From Mobula birostris (taxonomy: Eukaryota), in assembly GCF_030028105.1 (NCBI RefSeq), contig NC_092381.1:81184505-81248504 (forward strand): 64,000 nucleotides of DNA, given 5' to 3'. A program made the position numbers and the translations under genes. The notes under the pieces are model-generated. The model made no database searches and was not told the origin of the DNA. It was given only the letters and a program-made list of their open reading frames with translations. This document shows positions 47,230 to 59,839 of this stretch, piece after piece; the stretch's first letter is position 1; every line of letters begins with the position of its first letter.

Positions 47230-49262
47230 ACACTTGTGGATGACTGTGTCCACATAAAATCATTCAAGGTATTCCCAGTCAGAAACCCTGGATGAACCAG
47301 GAGATCCATTATCTGTTGAGGGCTACATCAGTGGCATTCTCATATGGTGACTGAGGAAAGTACAAGAGGTGCAGGTACGACCTCCAGAAATCCATCTCAC
47401 ACTCAAAGTGCCAATTCTGGGCCAAACCTTGAATCAGAGAAGGATGCTCGACAGTTGTGGCATGGCTTGAAAGCTATCAACTCCTACAAAGTAAAACCAA
47501 GCAACATATGTGACAATAAGGTTTTGCTCCCAGATGAGTTCAATGCCTTTTATACTCGCTTTGATAGACAGAACATGGAGGCACCTTCACGAACTCTCAC
47601 AGGCACCTACGACACTGATCGCAAGTCTCTGAGGCTAACCTCAGAGCATCCTTCAGGATGGTGCACCCACAGAAATCAGCTGGCCCTGACGGAGCACCTG
47701 GCCAGTACCAAGGACCTGTGCTAATCAACTGGCTAATTTACTGAGATTTTTAACCTCTCACTTTAACAGTCTCAGGTACCCACCTGCTTCAATCAAGCTT
47801 CAATCATAATGGTGCCCAAGAAGAACGTGGTAATCTGCCTCAATAACTATCATCCAGTATCGCTTACATCCACTATGAAGGGCTTTGAGGTTAGTGATGA
47901 AACATATCAACTCTTACCTGTGGAGGGCCTTGAATTCACTCCAGTTTGCCTACTGTCACATCAAGTCAACAGCAGATGCCATTTCATTGGCTCTTCATTC
48001 AACCCCAGAACACATGGACAGTAAAGATGTATACACCAGGAAGTTTCTATTTAACCACAGCTCTGCATCAATGCTATAATCCCTTCAAAACTAATCAATA
48101 AGATCCAAGATCTTGGCTTCAATAACTCCTTGAGCAACCGGATGCTTGATTTCCTCACTTGCGGACCATCATCAGTTCAGACTGGCAACAACATCTCCTC
48201 AACAATCTCCATCAGCACAGTTACACCACTAGGCCGTGGGCTAAGCCCTCTGCTCTACTCACCTTATCATTATGACTGTGAGGGTAATTATAGCTCCAAT
48301 GCCATATTTAAGTTTGTTGTTGGCTGAACGAAAGGTGGTGACAAGTCAGCACAAAGGAGAGAGAATGAAAATCTGGCTGAATGGTGCCACAACAACAACC
48401 TCTCACTCAATGTCAGCTGAACCAAAGAGCTGATTATTGAGTTCAGGAGGAGGAGACTGGAGATTCATGAGCCAGTCCTCATTTGTGGATCAGAGGTCGA
48501 GAGGGTCAGCGTTTCAGAGGATTTGTCCTGGTCCAGTATGTAAGTGCCATTACGAAGAGGGAATGGCAGCAGATCTACCTTCTTAAGTGTTTGAGAAGAT
48601 TCGGCATGTCATCTAAAACTTTGACAAACTTCTATAGATTCCTGATGGAGAGTATCCTGACCAATTGCATCACAGCCTGCTGAAAACAGAAATGCTCTTG
48701 GATAAAATAGCCTACAAAATGCGATGGTCACAGCCCAGTTCAACATAGAAAAAGCCCTCGCCACCTTTGAGCACATCTATAAAGAGCACTACCTCAAGAA
48801 AGAACGTCGATCAAGGACACCAGCATCCACACAATGCTCTGTTCTCACTGCTGTCATCAGGAAGCAGGTACAGGAGCCTTAGGTCCCACATCACTAGGTT
48901 CAGCAACAGTTATCACTCCTCAACCATCAGGCTCCTGAACCAGAGGGCTTAACTTCACTCACCCCAACACTGAATTAATTCCGCAACCTATGGACTCACT
49001 TTCAAGGATTCAAAAACTTGTTTTTGCAATATTTATTACTTATTTATGTACTTATTATTATTTTGTTTATTTTCTTTTTGTATTGACACAATTTGTTGTC
49101 TTTTGTACATTGGTTACTTCTCCATCTTTGTGCGTACTTTTTCATTGATTCTATTTTTTTATCTTTGTATTTACGGTGAACGCCCTCAAGAAAATTAACC
49201 TCAGGGTAATAAATAAAATATATGTCCTTTGATAATAAATTTACCTTGTACTTTGTATTTGC
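47230..49262 (+). mobile_element. Rex1/Babar-like LINE (decayed) with 3'UTR
   Basis: LLPDEFNAFYTRFD, LNNYHPVSLTS, LQFAY and LSPLLYS..AIFKF, ending tttgataataaatttaccttgtactttg. Confidence 0.88.
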
Positions 49263-49269
49263 TACCTTG

Positions 49270-50200
49270 GATTTGGAGCCCAAACTGCTCACAATACTCC
49301 AAGTGTGGTCTGACTGATGCATTATAAAGCCTCAGCATTACATCTTAGCTTTTATATTCTAGTCCTCTCAAAATGAATGCTAAAATTGCATTAGTCTTCC
49401 TTACCACTAACGCATCCTTCAAGTTAACCATTAGGGAATCCTGCATTAAGTCACATTGCACATCTGATTTTTGAATTCTCTCCCCGTTTAGAAAATAGTT
49501 TGTTACTTCCTGTTATGTCACTGGCGTTTAGGGCAGCAATGAAGGTCCTCCATCTCTGTCTGTCCTTGGCAAAGACTCAGGAATATCAGTCAAGGTTGTT
49601 AGCCCTGAACTTGACCCCCGAACCTGGTGGACTTCTCTCAGTCTGACATCTACCCTTTGACCTCTTTGGCAAGAGTGACGCTACCAAGAGTCAAAGCACA
49701 AGGCCCCGACTCCAGCCAATATAACTCTCTGGGTTATTGAGGCACGCAAGTCTCCAAGCCCCTTCAAAAGTGTTGTGGTCCTCTTGGAGGTCCAGAAAAC
49801 AGTCTATGCCTTTATTCCTTCTACCAAAGTGCATGACCATACACTTCCTTACATTGTACTCTATCTGCCACTTTTTTTTGCCCATTCCCCTAATCTGCCC
49901 AAGTCCTCTGCAGACACTACCTGCCCGTCCACCTATCTTTGTATCACTGACCACGAAGTCATCAATTCTATCATCCGCATCATTAGCATACAACATGAAA
50001 AACAGTGGACCTAACACCCGCCCCCGCAAAACAGCACTGGTCACTAGCAGCCAACTGGAAAAGGCTCCCTTTATTCCCACTCTTTGCCTCCTGCCAGTAT
50101 GCCAATCTTCTGTCCATGCTAGTATCTCTCCTATTTCCATCCTGTTTAGCAGCAACACCTTGTCAAAGGTCTTCTGAAAATCCAGTTAAATAACACTCAC
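49270..50200 (-). mobile_element. CR1 RT fragment interrupted by an RTE-derived insert
   Basis: RRQRVGIKGAFSSW..VLGPLFF..DTKIGG. Confidence 0.85.
49504..49793 (-). mobile_element. Bipartite non-autonomous RTE element (5' end fused to 3' end) with a 14-bp degenerate TSD
   Basis: 3' end encodes AKDRQRWRTFIAAL, an RTE-type C-terminus. TSD agaaaatagtttgt (49490-49503) / agaaaacagtctat (49794-49807). Confidence 0.7.
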
Positions 50201-53200
50201 TGATGATCTCACTAATGTAGCTGAAGCATTACCTCTCTACCTTTGCATTCAGTTAGCCCAGCAATAAACTGCAATAGTCTGTCAGCTTTGCCAACTACGT
50301 GTAGTGCCTGCTACTATTCTTCCACGACTAGTGCACTGATATACCCAGATCCCTCTCTCTATCTTGGAGCACAGTGGTTGCAGTTGCTCAATGAGTCTCC
50401 AAAAACCTGCTCTTTTCATTTTAAAGCAGGCACAGCATAGCAGGTCATTCAGCAACCGTGGCAATTTACTGGTTCCACTCTTGGACCCTTCTCTGTGTTT
50501 ATCCTCACCATATATCTATCCATTTGCTTCTTAAAGGACTCAATGAAACCTGCAAGCAATGAAGGTATTCCAAACACACACTCACTGCACAATAATGTTT
50601 TTCCTCATATCACGTGGACTTACTCTTCTCTTTTATTTCACACTTATGACCTCTAGTTCTCGGCCTCGTCTCACCATGGGAACAGTCTCCCACCATTCAC
50701 TCTGTGCAACCCCTTTATCATTGATAAACTCCTATTATGTCTTCCCTCTGCTTTCCCTGAGGAAATCAATTTCAGCATGTTCAACCTATCTCAGTCACTG
50801 CAGCCCCTCATCCCAGGAATCACTCCGGTGAATTGTCTCTGGGTCCTCTCCAGTGCCCCCACAGCCTTTCTATTTGTGATGACCAAAAATGCTTCAGCAG
50901 AATTTGGAACAGGGCTTTATAAAAGTTCAATATGACTTCCTTGCTTTATATACTGTATACGTCAACCCATAAAACATAACTAACCATTTTCTCAAAATGA
51001 CCTGAACTTCCACCAACTTGTGCACCCATTTTCCTGGCTCCTTCCATTCCTGCGCCCCTTTCAGAACTGCACCCTTTGTTCAATATTGCTTCTCTTTATT
51101 CTTCCTATCAGAAAGCATCACCTCACATTTCTCTGGATTAATCCTCATCTGCAACTCACCTTCCTATTGCATCAGCCTGTTTATACCCTGTTGTAATTTA
51201 TCACCAGCATCGCAGTTCAAAGCACTGCCAAATTTTGTTTCATCCAATTGTGGCTTGCACCCCAAATGTACAAACGTTTGTAGGTCATTAGTATAGACAG
51301 AGAAAAATGATCCAAACACCAACCCCAGGGGATTGCCACTATTCACCTTCCTCTGGTCTGAAAAACAACCATTCGTCACAGTCCTCTGCTGCCTGCTAAT
51401 AGCTATCTTGCATTCTTAATTACCTGCAAAATCTGCATACCACTCTGCATTTGAAACCATGTCATAACAGCTGAGGATTTAAATCAGAGCAAAAGCTACA
51501 TATGGAATGAATAGGTATATCCATAAAACTGCTATATTGCCATAAAATCCTGCCTAGTTCACTAATTCATCTCCAAGAGAGAGAATTTACCACTTTTACA
51601 AGGTCTGGCTCTGCTTCTCCCTCCAATTTCATGACTGTTGTATTCAATTCTCCCAGTAATAAATAATATATATCTTTTAAATTTCTCTAATTATTTAACA
51701 CAAAACATAGAACAGTACAGCATAGGACCAGGACTTTTGGCTCATGATGTTGTTAAACTGATGACACCTAATAAATCTAATCCTTCCTGCCTGCACAAGG
51801 CAAGACCCCTCCGGTCTCTGCATATTCATATGCCTAAGAGCCTCTTAAATGCCTCTGTTGTATCTGCCTCCAACTCATTTCAGGCACCCACCACTCTCTG
51901 TGTAAAATAAAAACTTGCCCTGCACACCTTTAAACTTTTGAGCAACACACACAAAATGTTGGAGAAACTCAGCAAGTCAGGCAACACCTATAGAGGGAAA
52001 TTTAGTCGACACTTTGGGCCGAAATTATTCATCAGGACTGCTCCAGAGGAAAACCTCTTAATTATTTGCTATCTCTACATACCAAGCATTTGCAAATTGT
52101 ACACGGTGACCCAGATCCCTCTGCAGATCAAAGCTCTCACATCTCAATATAATAAGCTTCTTTATTATTCATCATCATTAAAATGGTCAATTTCATACTT
52201 TCTACGTAACGATCTCTTTGCTGAATCATTGCCTGCTCAGTTAACGGATCAGTATCCCTTCTCACCTTCTACTGGTCTCCTCACAAATCACGTTACCATC
52301 TTTCTTTGCATCATCAGCAAGATTTAAGCAACCACACCACTGGCACCATAATCTAAATTATTCATACAAATTAGAAATAGTTGAGGCCCAGCACCAATTC
52401 CTGAAGATCAGTACTTGTTAGTGATTGCTAACTAGAAAATATTAATTTATGCCAAACTTCTATCCACACCAATATATTACATCGAAATATAGAGATCTAC
52501 AGCACATTACAGGCCCTTCGGCCCACAATGTTGTGCTGACCACGTAACCTACTCTAGAAACTGCCTAGGATTACCTTACCACATAGCCCTCTATTTTACT
52601 AAGCCCCAAGTACCTGTCTGAGAGTCGCTTAAGTGTCCCGATTGTATTCACCTCTACCACTGTCACTGGCAATGCATGCCACACACCCACCACTCTCTGT
52701 GTGAAAAACTTACCTCTGACATCCCCCTTGTACCTACTTCCAAGCATCTTAAAACTATGCCCCTCATAGTAGTCATTTCAGCCCTGGGAAAAAGCCTCTG
52801 GCTATCCACATGATCAATGCCTCTCATCATCTTATACACCCCTATCAGGTCACCTCTCATCCTCCATCGCTCCAAGGAGAAAAGGCCAAGTTCACTCAAC
52901 CTATTCTCATAAGGCATGCTCTCCAATCCAGGCAACATCCAGAGAATCAGCTTCATTACTCTCTAAAACAAAATTTGAAACAGCACTTTATTAAATGTCT
53001 TCTGAAAATATACATATATACATCAACTGGTCAAGTTTTGTCTATAGCAAATATTACTTCTTCAACGAACAACCGCAGATGACATCCTTCTGCCTTTATT
53101 AGTCAAGGCATCATGAATCAGGAAGTTACTATATGTTGTAGCTTTATGACACTCTGGTAAGGCAACTTCTGGAGTATTGTATTCATTTCTGCTCACCCCA

Positions 53201-53290
53201 ATGTAGTTCAATGTCGAAACACTAGTTAATTATTTTGGCACAACGTGGTGGACTGAAGGGCCTTCTCCTATACCATACTGTACTATGTGC
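50200..53290 (-). mobile_element. Cluster of CR1 fragments of several ages (youngest 52485-52940) plus a Penelope arm at 51941-52040
   Basis: ORF 52663-52956 ([22 protein letters not shown]) is near-identical to 15790-16150. The last piece, 53090-53290, is on the plus strand. Confidence 0.75.
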
Positions 53291-53508
53291 TAACAATAAA
53301 CCACTCAGGCCAGTTCAGTGGCGCTAGGGTGTGGAACAGCATCACATACTGAGACAGCGCTGACAGACTAATCTCTGCACCAGCTCCACTTGTCAGGCTC
53401 TGTGGGAACTGTACACTCCTCTGCTGGGAAAAGGGTTAAAAAAAAACTAAATGATGAATATGTCAGCAAGTCCACCAGCAACCAACTCTCTGCACTTGAC
53501 TATGAGAA

Positions 53509-53512
<4 letters not shown>

Positions 53513-53545
<33 letters not shown>
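53513..53545. repeat. (CA)n microsatellite
   Basis: Direct reading. Confidence 0.95.
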
Positions 53546-53547
<2 letters not shown>

Positions 53548-53654
53548 CGCGCACATACACTTCTTTTACAAGGAACATGGCTTTACTTCATTATAAATCA
53601 TAAATAACTGGATATTGCTTCAGTCAAACATTGTTAATGGAATCATAAGAGATA

Positions 53655-53945
53655 TACATATCATGGACACAGGCTCTTCGACCCACTGAGTCTGTGAGGA
53701 TGATCAGACACCCATTTACCTTCATCACATTTGATTCTCTCAACATCGCTGCTAACTCTCCCCAGATTCTACCATTCAAGTGGCCAAATAACGTACCAAC
53801 TCACAGGTCTCTGAGATGTGGAAGGAAGCCAGAGTACCCGGAGGAAACCCACAAGGTCACAGGGAGAACACACAAACTCCTTTCAGATCACACCCTACCT
53901 ACATCAGGACAGACACTGGTTGGCTGGAACTAGCTGCTCCACTAT
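53655..53945 (-). mobile_element. HE1-like V-SINE
   Basis: V-domain tgtggaaggaagccagagtacccggaggaaacccac and a CR1-type tail. Confidence 0.7.
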
Positions 53946-54313
53946 GCAAGGGTTATTGCTGCACGCGATAGCAATTATTCATTTCCACAGAAATAAACTG
54001 ATCTGAAAACACCTGTTGAAAGTGAGATTTTTTTTTAAAAAAATACGTGAACTGCACAAGGAATTGTGCATGTTTTACAGTTTTTTTGTATTCCTTACTT
54101 TTCATATAACATGTTGCATTTAGATATTAGTAGGCGAGGGGAAGTATGAATCCAATCAGAGTAAATTGAGTTATCACCTCCATGAAGATAACTGAGCATA
54201 CTGAGGTGATTAAAGCACTTCCTGAAAGGATGTAATGGCTGTGCTGGGTGGCATCAGAGTGAAACAACAGAATTTGCAGAACAGAATTCAAAAGCTGGGG
54301 CTTCCGCTTTCAG

Positions 54314-54393
54314 CAGGGTTTCACTATTTGGGGTCCAAAGACACCTCGGTTAATGGTAAAGGTCCTTGGCATAAATAAGGTTGCGAACCCCTG
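54314..54393. mobile_element. Tiny hAT/Charlie-type MITE
   Basis: Imperfect TIRs cagggtttcac ... gcgaacccctg. TSD not clear. Confidence 0.45.
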
Positions 54394-54421
54394 CTTTGGA
54401 ATGAAGGAGGATGAGAGGACA

Positions 54422-55505
54422 TTTCAAGTCAATTCAAGTTTAATTGTCATTTAACCGTACATGAATACAACCAAACGAGTCAGCGTTACTACAGGGTCAA
54501 GGTGCAAAGATACATTACCTACAGTCACACACAGTAAGCACATACAAGATTACAATCACGTAATAAGAGTCCCGATGCCTACCTTGCCCCCACCCTCCCC
54601 ATCCCCCTGCAATGCCATGGCTTGATGAAAGCAAGTCAACAAACCAGTATAGAATAGCAGCATAAAATATGATGCAGAATATGTGTGTATACTGTATATA
54701 TAGTCAAGACCCTCCCCACAGCCCACCAATATCATTGGTTGACTGGCTCCCGACGCCCACTAGGTGACATCATGGCTTTGAGTCCCAGCCTTTGCCCCAA
54801 CATCTGCTAGGCGACACCAAGGCGTTGAGGCCCAGTCCTCGCACATATAGAATATTAGTAAGAACACAACCAGACAAATATATATGTATATGGTCCAGAC
54901 CCCTCAATCCATTTGAAATCTGCTGTCACCACAACTGCGCTACACTGCTCCCGGTAGAGCACAAAGGCTCGGCCGCCTCTCCTCCAGTAGCTGAAAAGCC
55001 AGAGTCCCCACAGCTTGAGGCCTGAGTCCATTGAGTGCTGCTAAAAATCTGCAGTCTGCCACAAGAGAGCTCGCCTTCTGCCAAACGAAACTCTGTGGGG
55101 GAGGGGGCATCTCTGACTCTGTTCTGGACATCGAGCCACACCGGAGACCCGATGAAGTGCAGTGGCTTCGTCCCCTCACTTCAGGCAGCTGCAAATGGTG
55201 GCACTGTGACTTCAGGCCTAGTCCTTGCTACGACCAGGAAATAGGCCCCCTCCATCCGCTCCTGCTCGCATCCAATAAATTAGCAAATCCAACTTCGGCG
55301 TACCAGGTTAACAATGTCCAAAGGGGTCTTACGATCACAAGAAAAGCAGCCATGACGGCCACTTGCTATTTGACTGCAAGTCTCCATCGATTCAACTCAG
55401 GCAGTAGCATGTTGCACAGCTCTTTCATTATCTCCACCAGCGAGCAACACGTTGATGGTGTAGACCTGCAGTCCCTTGAGTTCTTACTGTATAACACGAT
55501 CTTGT
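54422..55505 (-). mobile_element. Non-autonomous retroposon with a LINE-type (ttgaa/cttga) tail
   Basis: Minus-strand end gacaattaaacttgaattgacttgaa. Body is non-coding and relatively CpG-rich. Confidence 0.5.
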
Positions 55506-55529
55506 GACCATTACATACACGTTTAAATA

Positions 55530-55972
55530 CAAGGGGTGATTGATAAGTTTATGGCCTAAGGTAGAGGGAGTCAATTTTAGAAAACCTAGCACATTTACTT
55601 TTCCACATAGTCCCCTCCTACATTTACACACCTAGTCCAGCGGTTGTGGAGTATACGGATCCCTTCTTTGAAGAAGTCAGCATCTTGGACCTCCAGAAAG
55701 TGGTCCACAGCAGGGGTGATTGATAAGTCAGTGGCCTAAGTTAGAAGGGGATGAGTTATACAGCTCTCGTTACATGCATGTGCAGTTCAACTCTTTGAGT
55801 GATTATGCAGAAAGTTTGAAGTTAATAACTCATCTCCTTCTACCTTAGGCCATGCTCCATGCTGGACTAAGTGTGTAAATGTAGGAGGGGACTATGTTGA
55901 AAAATAAATGTGCTAGGTTTTCTAAAGTTGACTCCTTCTACCTTAGGCTACGAACTTATCAATCACCCCTCG
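55530..55972. mobile_element. Mariner-derived MITE with ~110-bp inverted ends
   Basis: TA|caaggggtgattgataagttt...aacttatcaatcacccctcg|TA. Each arm carries the mariner C-terminal remnant WTKCVNVGGDYVEK. Confidence 0.88.
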
Positions 55973-56049
55973 TATAACGGTAGCACCTTTTGTTGATCCC
56001 GTAGAAGCCGTTGCGACCACTCGTGCCACCATCTTGCCAGAGTGATTTG

Positions 56050-56415
56050 ACAGAGAGGTAGAAGATTATAAAGACACAGATAGAGTGGACAGCCAGCATC
56101 TTTTTCCCTGGGGTGGCAATGGCTAGTACTAGAGTACATTATTTTCAATGAGTGGAGAAAAGTTTAGGGGAAGTGTCAGAGGTAGTACGTTTTTCCTGAC
56201 ACAGGGAGTGGTAAGTGCCTGCGTGCACACTGCCAGGATTGGTGGTAGAGCCTAATACATTAGAGACATTTGACAGACTATTAGATAGGAGGCACATGGA
56301 TGAAAGAAAAATGGAGGGTTATGGGCTATGTAGCGGGAAGGGGTTAGATAGATAATGGAGTATGCTAAAAGGTCGGAACAACATTGTGGGCTGAAGGGCT
56401 CCCACTGTTCTATAT
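56050..56415 (+). mobile_element. CR1 3' fragment
   Basis: Ends gggctgaagggctcccactgttctat. Confidence 0.75.
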
Positions 56416-58044
56416 AGAAAGTTTGAAGTTGACCATTTGTTCCAGCAAGGAAAGGTGCATACTAAGGACATTAATGTTCTGCTTCTACATACTATAAATT
56501 CGTACCGATGAGGTGAGAATGAAAGCAGATATGATTAGCCAAGAAACTGGATTTAATCAGTACTGCCATTGTACTCCCTGTAGTAGCTCCTGGCTGTTGT
56601 GTCCGTGGCTGCTCGTGTAATGAGTAATTCTGAAAGGCACCAGGATGACAAATAATTACAGACCTTAATTTATTACTGAGCACCCATCACTGCTCCTTAC
56701 ACAGAAAGCAACAGGCCTGCAGTCCTTGTGCAGAAACTATTACACTGCCACAGCTTTGCAAGTCTAAAATAAATCAGCGCCCATTCACTTCAAAACAATT
56801 GGAGCCCCACTGTTCATAACGACTAAGCAATATCAGCAACGTGCCCACCAGTCACAAAACATCACTCCTGTTAAGGAGGATTATGATATAAACTAGACAC
56901 AAATAGTTCTGTTTAGATGCTGGAATCCCATTCACTGCAAGATTTGGCATGGCACCTGTTGTGTGGATTTCCAATGACACTGACAGTGTACCTTTTGAAA
57001 TCTAAATTCTCATAGCACAATCATTAAAAGGTCTAAGTGTCAGTGATAAACAAACAGGGTGAATTTTCAAACCCTTACCTTCAATAGCTTATTCAGATAA
57101 ATGTGGACCAGACATGCTTAACTCTGTCCCATGAAATCCATCTCCTCTCTCGTGGGCACATGGCAGGTTTGGATTGCAGCCATAAACGAGCAGCCTTCTC
57201 TTTGGCAGTGGGAAAGGGACATGCTTGATTTTCTCCGATTATTGTAAAGAGAATCATTAGGTAATAGGAAGGTCACCTCAGGAAGATGTTGAAAAGCTTG
57301 CACTGGGTCCCTTCTTTGATCAGATGGTCCCCAGGCATCTGGCAAAAAACACATCCCTGTGCTCCTATCCCCATCCTTTACCCAGAAGGATTACTCTTTA
57401 AGATCATTCTGCACAATAATTAGTAGACTGTACATTTGTGCACTGTTGTTATGAGAATTAATTTAAGTGAATTCAACAAAGGTTAATTTGCATATAATGC
57501 CACTCATGTGTAGGAGCGTTATAATCTAAATCTAATTCCAAAACTGGGAAACTGCAACTGTTCTTAATGCCCATTCACCCAGTTTGTTGTTTACCTTGTT
57601 GCACCAATGTAGAAGAATATTTTATGGAGATTTTTTTTTAATCAGCCTTGTTGCAGATTGCCTGAAGCCTCCTGTTTCTGAGCACCTCCTGTAAATGTTA
57701 ATAGCTGTACCTGACCATCAGTAATAATCTCACCATCTCACACAGTACGGCATTCAGTATGAGTCACATTCAATTACTACCGTGGCCCAGGGCACAGACC
57801 TTTACATGCTCCATCAGTGACCAAATCAGAGGTTTATAAAAGCACTGGGCTCAAAGTCCTACAGTAATCTACACCAGCTGTAAATGAATACATTCCACAC
57901 AAATTGCTTCTGGCTGCAAACAACGAATCAAGGGAATTGTAAATCATCAACCTTCATTAGTGGATGACGATTGAATGGTCACCAAGAAGGCCTGTGGGCT
58001 TTGTTGTTGATCACAATTTCAAATGCTGGCCAAGGGCAACCCAC

Positions 58045-58137
58045 CTTCTTCTTCTTCCTGAGGAGAACTTTGACCCCATCCACTGACACCATTATATTCA
58101 CCTTCTTCTTCTTAATGTTCTTGGCCTTGAATTCATA
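58045..58137 (-). CDS. NOS1AP: NOS1AP/CAPON internal coding exon (93 nt, equivalent to human exon 3), PTB domain: [31 protein letters not shown]
   Basis: Peptide is nearly identical to the recalled vertebrate CAPON PTB sequence [31 protein letters not shown]. Acceptor is ctttttatttcag|TAT and donor is AAG|gtgggt. 31 codons, phase 0-0. Confidence 0.95.
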
Positions 58138-58429
58138 CTGAAATAAAAAAGATGGAAGAGTTCTGTAAAACATTTGCAAGTTGATGCTTTTCTTAGACAA
58201 AAAGAAGAAAGTAAAAGATTTGAAGAAAGTTATCATCTTTTCCCTTGGTTTAAAGAAACCTGTGAAGTCTACCTTCCACCCTATCACACCTCCCTCTCTT
58301 TGCAAAGGATAACAAGCAGATTAATTTGTAATAAATCATGTGCAAGTTTGGCAGGCCTGACTCCTCTGGGGACATTGGGTGAAGACATCTGCCCCACTGT
58401 TAGACTGAGAAAGGCAATATCACACTACA

Positions 58430-59003
58430 TGACCATCACTTGCTTAGCAACAGCCACTTCAGAGACTTAGGGAGATTCGGCATGTCACCAAATACTCCAA
58501 CCAACTTGTACAGATGCAGTGTAGAAGGCATCCTGATGGCTTGCATCATGGCGTAGTATGGCAGTTCCAACACTCAAGAACACAAGAGGTTGTGGAGAGT
58601 AGTGGAGCAGTGGACCCACCTTACTACTGAAAGCAGCCACATGAAGCCGAGCCACAAGAAGCCAGCATCAATCATCAAGCACCCCCACTATTCAGGTCAT
58701 GTTCTCTTACACTGTTACCATCAGACAGGAGGTCCCGTACCAGCAAGTTGAAGAACAGCCACATTCTTATAACCATCAGGATTATGCACCTCCCTGCACA
58801 ATCCTATTCCCCCCTCAGCAATGGAACACTACAGACCACCTTGTACACCAGCATGGACTTGCTTTTAATGATGTTCTTGCACTAATGTCTTATTTTTCAT
58901 GGTCTTTCCCATCAATGTCTTGTAAAATTTATGTACACAAATGTCCGTTATGTGTTTTGATGCAACTGCAAGAAAGTTGAACTTGAATAAACTTGACTTG
59001 AAC
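58430..59003 (+). mobile_element. Rex1/Babar-like LINE 3' fragment
   Basis: RFGMSPNTPTNLYRCSVEGIL..CI.A.YG, with tail aataaacttgacttgaac. Confidence 0.75.
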
Positions 59004-59272
59004 CAAGCACATACTAAGAGGCCATTCAAATCTGACCGCATAATAATGGCCCATCCAATGCTGTACTATTCATTGTTCTGAATCTGAAACTTGCTGCCAG
59101 ACGTGGTGTTGGAATCAAATACATTTAAGAAGCATTTAGACAGACACAAATGCAATACTGTGCAAAAGCCTTTGGTGAAAAAATACATAGCTAGGGTGCC
59201 TGAGGCTTTTGCACAGTACTTTATATAGGTTAAAGTAGGAAGGTGGTTGGGAAACAGAAATAAGACTACTTA

Positions 59273-59495
59273 AAATCACAAACAAGAGAAAACCTGCAGA
59301 TGCTGGAAATCCAAGCAACACACACAAAACGCTGGAGGAACTTAGCAGGCCAGCCAGCATCTATGGAAAAGAGTTCAGTTGATGTTTCGGGCCAAGACCC
59401 TTCCTGATGAGGGTTTTCGGCCTGAAACGTCAACTGCACTCTTTACCATAGGTGCAGCCTGGCCTGCTGAGTTCTTCAGCATTTTGTGTGTGTTG
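59273..59495 (-). mobile_element. Fold-back Penelope-derived element with a 13-bp TSD
   Basis: TSD ataagactactta (59260-59272) / ataagagtactta (59496-59508). Inverted arms of ~85 bp at 59316-59400 and 59411-59495. Confidence 0.85.
59404..59431 (+). ncRNA. Minimal type-I hammerhead ribozyme core (Penelope-type); 5' strand of stem I lost
   Basis: CTGATGA-ggg ttttcgg cct-GAAAC-GTC keeps the conserved core, a 3-bp stem II and a palindromic ACGT stem III. Confidence 0.6.
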
Positions 59496-59839
59496 ATAAG
59501 AGTACTTAGCTTTGTATTAGCTCAGTAGTATTCCAGTAACTGGAAAGACATAATATACAATACTGTGCAAAAGTCTTAGGCACCCTAGCAATATGTGCCT
59601 GAGGATAAAAGGACAAGGCATGAAAGGGTATGGTCCCAATTGCAGGCAAATGAGATTAGTGCAGGTGGGCATAAAGGGGGTTGAAGGGCCCACTTCTGTG
59701 TGATTGAACTCTATGAGTGACGGAGTTACCCAGCAAATTGCTGATTGATCCAGATTAGAAACGTTCCCAGTTCTATCATGATTTTCATTGCAGTAGTATA
59801 GTACAGTATATAGTATAGAATAGTAGTATAGTAACTACA

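Larger units (their letters stand above)
59153..59604. mobile_element. Second composite mini-MITE pair inserted in a CR1 3' end; contains a Penelope fold-back
   Basis: tactgtgcaaaag..gctagggtgcctgaggcttttgcacagta (59153-59220) and an inverted, truncated copy at 59558-59604. Confidence 0.65.

Noticed and set aside
56598-56617. RE1/NRSE-like site tgtccgtggctgctc
   Set aside because: Spacing is off by one and both outer ends mismatch the consensus.
57979-58305. 108-aa ORF as a whole gene
   Set aside because: Only 58045-58137 is exon. The rest is intron read-through past clear splice sites.
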